28,434 nucleotides of DNA from Macrostomum lignano. Its lineage: Eukaryota. The position numbers and the translations under genes are program-made. A model generated the notes under the pieces. That model did not search any database, was not told the DNA's origin, and saw nothing but the letters and a program-made list of their open reading frames with translations. The DNA lies in NCBI GenBank assembly GCA_002269645.1, contig NIVC01005021.1, positions 1 through 28,434 of the forward strand, read 5' to 3'. Shown here piece after piece: positions 21,258-28,434 of the stretch. Numbering within the stretch: the first letter of the stretch is position 1; every line of letters starts with the position of its first letter.

Positions 21258-23000
21258 TCCCGAAGAGGAACGGCGCTAGCGTGTCACTCTGAAGAACTCC
21301 TGATGAAGTGTCGAACAGGTCAGACAGGCCGTCTGCCGTCACCACAGCAGCTCGAGTATCGCAATACAGCGCCATGACAGCGTCGATTAGCTGCTGGGGT
21401 ACCCGGTAGGCTCGAGGGACAAAGGGGAGCGCCGCTCTCAACACCGAGTCAAACGCCTTTCGAAAGTCAACGAAGACAATGACCAGCGTAGACTGTCGGA
21501 TGCGCGCCTCCTCGATGACACGGCGGAGTGCGAGGATCTGTTTCACTGCACCGCGTTGCGGCCGGAATCCGTTCTGCTCGTACCGCAGGTGCGGGTCCAG
21601 CACCGACTGCAGACGATCGAGCAGCAGCCGGTTGAAGAGCTTCGCGGTGCAGGACATCAGCGAGATCCCGCCGTGGTCTTCTTTCCGCGTTGTCCCTGCC
21701 TTCTTCGGGATCGGCACGATGTGCGCGACGGTTTACTCGGTAGGCGCAGGAGCGCCGTCGAGCTCGCGCTTCATGACGCCTGTGACCTGGGAGGCCACAC
21801 AGCGGAGCCGCAGCGCTTCGACCGGGACTTCGTCGGGGTAGAGCGCCTTGCCGCCTGATGTTTTCCGAGCGAACAGCACAACGTCCTCCGTGTTGACTGG
21901 TCTGGTGCAGAAGTCCTCCTCAGCTGGGAGCGGCGTGTCCAGTGGGAGCGCAATGCTGGCGGGCAGCGGCGACGGGAGCGCGTTCACGATGCCGGCGAAG
22001 AAGTTGCGCAATTCATTCCTGCGCTCCTCCGGAGTGTCGCCGGCCAGGTTTAGCACCACGCGCTTTTTGCGCCCCGTCAGAGTCCGGACGGCCGTCCACA
22101 CTGCGCGGCTCTTCACGTCGGGGCCGGCTGCAGTGATGTACCGGACGGCGTCATCGACAGCAGGCTGCTGCCGCTCATCTAGAAGACGCTCAAACGCGTC
22201 TTCAGTGTCGCCCGTAAGTCGCCGGTTTCTGCGGAGTCGCTCAAAGTTGAGCCGCGCCTGCCTGATAGACAGGTCGCTCTGCCAGACAAGCAGCGATTTC
22301 TGCGCTGGCCGCATCAGCGGGACCGTCTGCTCTGCAGCGGCTCTAACGGCGGTGCTGATGTCGGAATAATCCGCCTCGCGCTGGTCTCTAAGCGCGCCGA
22401 CGAAGCCGCCCGCGAATTGACGCTTCACGCGGATGTCCAACGCGGGTAGAGCTGGTCGCGCAGCCGCAAGTCGCAGATCAGGAGTCGGTGGTCTGACCGG
22501 AGAGCCAGCGGAGCCATGGTGTCGCAGTTGGTGACGCGGCGGGACTGCGTTCAGGTCTCCGAGCACTGCCATCGTGTCGCGGTTTGGCACCTCTTCCAGC
22601 TGCCCAGCCAGGAATTCGAAGAAGGCACGATCCTCCTCGGGGTGAGCAGCGGTGGGTGCGTACGCGCAGAACAGCCGGATGCAGCGGGCGCGAAGTCGCA
22701 GGTCGACCCGCATCAGTCGCGGGGACAGCGAGATGCAGTGCACGCTCTGCTGGAGGCGCGATCCGATCAGCACGCTGACACCGCCCCGGCCGCGGTTGTC
22801 TGCCGACGTGTACAGGAGGCTCCAGCCGGCTCCGAGGTAGGTCCTCAGAGTGGAGCCCCGGCTCAGCCACGATAGAGACCTCCTGCAGCGAGACGAGGTC
22901 CAGCTGTAGGTCGTAGGCCAGCTGGACAAGGATGGTGCGACGATGGCTCTGTGAGTTCCCCAGCTGTGCTCATGCAGAGCTCTGACAGGCATTGTAGGTT
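21258..23000 (-). mobile_element. APE-type non-LTR retrotransposon (RTE/RTEX-like), 5' half: endonuclease plus RT up to GVLQSDTLAPFLF; degenerate
   Basis: APE motifs (GRGGVSVLI, CAYAPT, LGDLNA) and RT motifs (GISLMSCTAKLFNRLLLDRL, QNGFRP, FVDFRKAFDSV, GVLQSDTLAPFLF). The clade is inferred. Confidence 0.92.
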
Positions 23001-23280
23001 TCTTAGAAAGATCTGCCATAAGGGCTTGCGGCAATAAGTTTTGTTAACCCCCCAAACTTACATTGTGTAGCACCATGTGAGGCTTATAGCCAGGAATTTT
23101 ACAGACTGAAGTCTCATGAGTTTCACACAACAGGAATAAATATTCATTATATCAAATATATGGCCGATTTCTGTCTGAGGTTTGCAGGAACCCCCCCCCC
23201 CCTCAGAGCCATGAGTGAATAAAATTGAGCAGTCTTGATCACCCAAGTAATTGTGCTCAAACAGCTGCTTCTGATTTTTT

Positions 23281-23397
23281 TTTGCACGGATCTTATTTGC
23301 ACATGTATTTGCACGGCTCTTATTTGCACATGTATTTGCACGGCTCTTATTTGCACACGTATTTGCACGGCTCTTATTTGCACACGTATTTGCACGT
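23281..23397. repeat. 27-bp tandem repeat (CTTATTTGCACATGTATTTGCACGGCT), about 4 units
   Basis: Direct inspection. Confidence 0.9.
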
Positions 23398-23544
23398 TCT
23401 TCAGTTCACAAACCCCAAATATCACAGTCTTCAGTTCACGATCCTCAAGTAAATACTTTCGTCACTTCGGTAGAGTTCTGTTCAAGCGTATTTCCCTTCG
23501 CTTGCAAACATGACTTACTCAGTTTTGCCTACACTAACAAGAAC

Positions 23545-23960
23545 CGTGGCGACCTTCTCTCAGCACACTAGCACCTGCTACACCGTTTTCTAGAACAAAG
23601 TTCTTGCCATCAGCTCCGGCGCCATGGAGCTGTACAATCAGCGTGTCGGGGAAAGGAGACTATCCTCGACTCGGACTGTCAAGCGGCAATCCACCCCCTT
23701 GAGAGCACCACAACCTGCTCGCGTACAGTCCTCGACTGCATCGGGCAGCTCAAACACGTAGGCACTTCCAACAAGGTGTCCCTAGGGTGGATCCCCGAGC
23801 ACTCGAGCCACCCCATCAAGTTGGCCGATACCTTGGCCAAGGCTAGCTCGACTGGTTCTTTCTCTGGTCCCCTGCCCGTGGCTCCAACCCCACCACGTCG
23901 TCACCACTCGGATCAACCAGTGGGTGGCTTCAAAGCACAGGGAGAGAAGAGATAACGCCC
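23545..23960 (+). mobile_element. Degenerate non-LTR retrotransposon RNase H domain
   Basis: TVF*NKVLAI...DSDCQAAI...SRTVLDCIGQL...KVSLGWIPEHS...LADTLAK matches the RNase HI pattern of I/R1/Loa-type LINEs. Confidence 0.8.
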
Positions 23961-24048
23961 ACGACTGCCGGAAATCCAGCGCGGCTGTCTCCTGTCATTC
24001 CCCCGCCCTGCGCAGGGCGCTGCTTGGACTCAACCGAGGAGCGCTCAC

Positions 24049-25433
24049 CTGTCTGCAGCCTCTCCGACCGAATTCGGTCGCTCATCGCCCGTCAGCGCAC
24101 GGTGGTGAAGAATTTGGGCAGATCGCTCACTGCGGAACTCGATTGCACGGCTGAGAGCAGACTCAAGTGACTCTCGAGATCCAGCCAAAGCGGAGGCTTT
24201 GAGAAGTGACTCAACCAAGTGATGGTGGTCGTTTTGTGCCGCAATGTAGAGAGGTGACTCGCCAGTGTTTCGTTGAAGATTGACGTCGGCTCGTGCTTTG
24301 AGGAGTCGATCTGCTCTCCCTCATGGTGGCCATTTCGTGATGCAATGTAGAGAGGTCTACAATGTAGCGTTGGTCTTTTACATTGTATTATAGAATTGAG
24401 TAGTTAGGTCGAACGATGTACATTGCGAAGAAGTACTGTATGTATAAATAGAAATCGATCAGCTCAGTGGAGGGAGAGGGTCTAAAATGGCAATTTAAAT
24501 TGAGCAGCCACACGCACAAAGCAGTGCAGTTCAAATCGATATAAGATAGCCAATTCACAGCCACATGTGTAGATATGAATAGAATTGGAATCGAGGACAT
24601 TACTCGTACGCTGCAAAAATAAACATCACTCAGTTACCCACCTACTTGTAGTGTGAGCATCTTTTGCGCTGGTTTGTAGTTAGTTTTGTATTATTGTTGT
24701 TAATTATTGTATTTTGCTTCAATTTAGTCACGCGTTTCCATGTACTTTTTTCTCTTAGTTTAGAGTTTGTTTTGTGTAAACAGGTTAGAGTTAGACGCCA
24801 ATTTTGTGACTCAGCGGAGGGTTGAGTTTTCTGCGTACCCCAAGCTTTGCGCGGCCAACCAATCAGAATCGGCCTGGACCCCGGCACGCGGCAAATCCAA
24901 GTCTACCCGGCGCCGCGGGTCCAGTGCAAGTCGGCTTAGCGAGCGGCCGGCCAGACACCCACCACCCGGCTTGAGGGGGGTTTTGAGGGGTTTGACTCAG
25001 ACTACAGTGAGGTGACTCGCCAGTGTTTCGTTGAAGATTGACGTCGGCTAGTGCTTTGAGGAGTCCGTCTACTACCTCATGGTGGCCATTTTGTGATGCA
25101 ATGTACACAGGTGACGAGCCAGTGTTTCGTTGAAGATTGACGTCGGCTTGTGCTTGGATTAGTAAATCAGCAGCCTTACGATGGCCTTGTTGACATCCAA
25201 CATACACTGCGAGAATCCCTCACTGTTCTGTTTGTTGAGGTCGACGCTCTCTCGAATCAGCCTCACCAAGATGCCGATTCCGCCCAGGTAGCATGCCAAC
25301 ATCAGCGGTGTCCACTCAATTCCTCTCCAAGTGAGAATCGTGTCGACACTCCTCCCACTGGCAACGAAGTTCTCCACCGCCTGCAGTCGTCCGCTTCAAT
25401 CGCCTCAAAGAGCTCTTCATCGGCTGCAGCCAT
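24049..25433 (-). pseudogene. Disrupted inverted paralog of ankyrin exon 1 (about 5 ankyrin repeats)
   Basis: ATG at 25433 (MAAADEELFEAIEADD...). Frameshifts near 25386, 25209 and 24315, and a 652-bp insertion. Same terminal GDERPNS...AG|GTGAGCGC phase-2 donor at 24048. No NTase exons follow within the window. Confidence 0.85.
24357..25008. mobile_element. Unclassified 652-bp insertion inside an ankyrin repeat, apparent 5-bp target duplication GAGGT
   Basis: GAGGT at 24352-24356 and 25009-25013. Removing the insert and one GAGGT restores AATGTAGAGAGGTGACTCGCC (minus strand: GESPLYI). No matching TIRs. Confidence 0.7.
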
Positions 25434-25736
25434 GTCTGATGTCGGAACAAAGAATACTTAGAAAGTTTTGATGATACTTAGAAAGAATAAACAATATTTG
25501 AGTCGTCCTTCTGGATTTCTCCAAGTGCACTCAGAGTGAGCTGCTGTTCATTTTAACCCCAGCGCTGAAGGCTTTTGCTGCTGAGAGCCAATCGGCTTTT
25601 CCTGGTTCTCAACCTCATTCGCGAACTGCTGCCCAGCCAGTGCTGCTCAGTAGCATGCTTCGGAGCGAGCTGCTAAAATTAGAAACTCCTGTGGGCAAAT
25701 GAGAGAGTGCCTGCAGCTGACAGAGGTGTCAGAAAG

Positions 25737-26210
25737 GCAGTGAGGCGCCAGGGAAGCAGTGAAGCGCCAAAGAGGCAGTGAGGCGCCAGGGAGGCAGTGA
25801 AGCGCCAAAGAGGCAATGAGGCGCCAGGGAGGCAGTGAAGCGCCAAAGAGGCAATGAGGCGCCAGGGAGGCAGTGAAGCGCCAGGGAGGCAGTGAAGCGC
25901 CAGGGAGGCAGTGAAGCGCCAGGGAGGCAGTGAAGCGCCAGGGAGGCAGTGAAGCGCCAGGGAGGCAGTGAAGCGCCAGGGAGGCAGTGAAGCGCCAGGG
26001 AGGCAGTGAAGCGCCAGGGAGGCAGTGAAGCGCCAGGGAGGCAGTGAAGCGCCAGAGAGGCAATGAGGCGCCAGGGAGGCAGTGAAGCGCCAGGGAGGCA
26101 GTGAAGCGCCAGGGAGGCAGTGAAGCGCCAGGGAGGCAGTGAAGCGCCAGGGAGGCAGTGAAGCGCCAGGGAGGCAGTGAAACGCCAGGGAGGCAGTGAA
26201 GCGCCAGGGA
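25737..26210. repeat. 19-bp minisatellite (GCGCCAGGGAGGCAGTGAA), about 25 units
   Basis: Direct periodicity; lies inside the duplicated upstream region. Confidence 0.96.
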
Positions 26211-26470
26211 AGTGTCATATGAGGGCATCGTGCCATTTCCCGACATCTCACAACCAAATAAGCAAGGTTTCTCGTTCGTTAGAAAAAAGCGCTCTAATTG
26301 CTCCACCGAATGTTACTCATGTGTACTCGTTTATAAAACGCGGCTCACAATATTCGGGCAAAATGGCCCCAGGCGGTCTCCAGGAGGCGCGCACCGAGGC
26401 AAATTTTGTTCGGGCAGCAGGATATCAGACTTTTTCTTCTGCCTGTGCGCATCGCATAGCCAGGATTTCG

Positions 26471-26484
26471 GTTGCCATGGTTAC
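26471..26484 (-). promoter_or_regulatory. Candidate RFX X-box (minus strand GTAACCATGGCAAC)
   Basis: Equivalent position to 2977-2990 in the paralogous upstream region; still fits the consensus. Confidence 0.4.
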
Positions 26485-26884
26485 GATCAACAACTCGATA
26501 ATTAATAGCGGTTTATCATATCGAGCCTCGCCCCATCCTACTTACAGTAGTCTGTGATAAATGCGCATTTTATTCAAACTCTGAGTTGTGCGCCAGCGAC
26601 TGCAGCATCTTAGGCTACTTGATGACGCAAGATTTGAGTTAATTCATGCACTTTTACCGTACGTGGACACTGGTTAATCAAACATAATGATCAGCTGCGA
26701 CTCCAGCCAGCCAGTCCAGGCTGCAGGCTCGGCTGCCTGCAAGTCGCTCGGAGGCCCTCTTTGTCCGGGGGGAATTCCAGTAGGTTTCCGACTTCTGAAC
26801 CAGCTCGAAACTGCACGAGCCAACAGTCTTCTAAGTGTAAATAAGTTCGGCAAAGGGAAACTCCGTGCTTGTGAATCTCGACGC

Positions 26885-27915
26885 TTGGGCGCCCCTGTCT
26901 CTTTGTGGGCGCCCTGTCTCTTGGTGGGCGCCCCTGTCTCTTGGTGGGCGCCCTGTCTCTTGGTGGGCGCCCTGTCTCTTGGTAGGCGCCCTGTCTCTTA
27001 ATGGGCGCCCTGTCTCTTGGTGGGCGCCCTGTCTCTTGGTGGGTGCCCCTGTCTCTTAGTGGGCGTCCCTGTCTCTTGGTGGGCGCCCCTGTCTCTTGGT
27101 GGGTGCCCCTGTCTCTTGGCGGGTGCCCCTGTCTCTTGGTGGGTGCCCCTGTCTCTTGGTGGGCGCCCCTGTCTCTTGTGGGTGCCCCTGTCTCTTGGTG
27201 GGTGCCCCTGTCTCTTGGTGAGGGCCCCTGTCTCTTGGTGGGTGCCCCTGTCTCTTGGTGGGCGCCCCTGTCTCTTGGTGGGTGCCCCTGTCTCTTGGCG
27301 GGTGCCCCTGTCTCTTGGTGGGTGCCCCTGTCTCTTGGTGGGCGCCCTGTCTCTTGGTGGGTGCCCCTGTCTCTTGGTGGGTGCCCCTGTCTCTTGGTGA
27401 GGGCCCCTGTCTCTTGGTGGGTGCCCCTGTCTCTTGGTGGGCGCCCCTGTCTCTTGGTGGGTGCCCCTGTCTCTTGGTGGGTGCCCCTGTCTCTTAGTGG
27501 GCGTCCCTGTCTCTTGGTGGGTGCCCCTGTCTCTTAGTGGGCGTCCCTGTCTCTTGGTGGGCGCCCCTGTCTCTTGGTGGGTGCCCCTGTCTCTTGGTGG
27601 GTGCCCCTGTCTCTTGGTGGGCGCCCCTGTCTCTTGGTGGGTGCCCCTGTCTCTTGGTGGGTGCCCCTGTCTCTTGGTGAGGGCCCCTGTCTCTTGGTGG
27701 GTGCCCCTGTCTCTTGGTGGGTGCCCCTGTCTCTTGGTGGGTGCCCCTGTCTCTTGGTGGGCGTCCCTGTCTCTTGGTGGGTGCCCCTGTCTCTTGGTTG
27801 GTGCCCCTGTCTCTTGGTTGGTGCCCCCTGTCTCTTGGTGGGTGCCCCTGTCTCTTGGTGGGCGTCCCTGTCTCTTGGTGGGTGCCCCTGTCTCCTGGCA
27901 GGCGCTCTGTCCCTG
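26885..27915. repeat. 20-bp minisatellite (TGTCTCTTGGTGGGTGCCCC), about 50 units
   Basis: Direct periodicity (20-aa period = 3 units in the ORFs). Confidence 0.97.
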
Positions 27916-28434
27916 TCTGCCACGTCCAAGAAGTAGCAAAAGTTGAGCTCCTGTCTTGGTTCCCCTCCATCATTCCATTTTTGGAGGAGCGCAATGTTTC
28001 AATGCCTTTGAAGGTGAGCTATCCAGGCCCCCTTCTGCGTGGTCCCTCCGCTGATGGCCCGGCGCCTTCCTGCGGCGGTCCCGGTAGTCGTCGTTCACCG
28101 CATCTCTCGTCTCGCTTCGGTAAAGAGCAACTCCGCAACACCACAAGTGGAGCAACAGGTAAGGTTGGCGAGCGCACGCTGCGCTCCCTGATGAGTGCAA
28201 CTTAATTTACAGTTTAACTGCCCAACCTGACTACTTGTTCGAACTTCTTTTTTCATTTCAACTTGAATTTCTTATCTGGAAGACAACAGATAAAAAAAGC
28301 CACAGTTTGCGGTTTTTTCCGATCTTCAAATTGCTCGCATTGAAGCAGTGACACTTCAGGCTGCAATCTAATCGCAAATAAAATCCAATGCTGCAAGCAA
28401 AACTTTGAGCGTTTGAGCACAGAGAGACATTCTC

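Noticed and set aside
23281-23397. Cluster of POU octamer sites
   Set aside because: The motif is ATTTGCAC rather than ATTTGCAT, and its multiplicity is explained by a simple tandem repeat.
25647-27994. Long ORFs over the 19-bp and 20-bp arrays
   Set aside because: Unit lengths are not multiples of 3, giving cycling peptides in all frames.
27990-28165. GC-rich segment ending in AACAG|GTAAGG, a possible exon
   Set aside because: No recognisable domain or partner exon within the window.

Overview
Repeat-rich eukaryotic (animal) genomic DNA with GT-AG introns and no prokaryotic operon structure. The gene content resembles free-living flatworms such as Macrostomum; this is an inference, not verified. 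Three host genes are recognisable. (1) A 3-exon + strand gene (3804-7509) fusing about 8 ankyrin repeats to a Mab-21/cGAS-like nucleotidyltransferase (cGLR-type) with intact-looking catalytic acids and an unassigned C-terminal domain, interrupted by three small frame breaks. (2) An intronless 12-TM otopetrin proton channel on the - strand (19802-17590, one homopolymer frameshift) ending in about 23 in-frame HHDAA(F/V)S repeats. (3) An inverted, disrupted paralog of exon 1 of gene 1 (25433-24049) with fewer ankyrin repeats and a 652-bp insertion. The rest is Ty3/Gypsy pol remnants, an APE-type LINE split into two oppositely oriented halves about 8 kb apart, a non-LTR RNase H fragment, a Harbinger-type MITE with its empty paralogous site, dispersed duplications and about a dozen tandem arrays (roughly a fifth of the window). 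Several arrays have a single-unit seed in a paralogous segment within the window. Most long ORFs in the supplied track are artefacts of these arrays.
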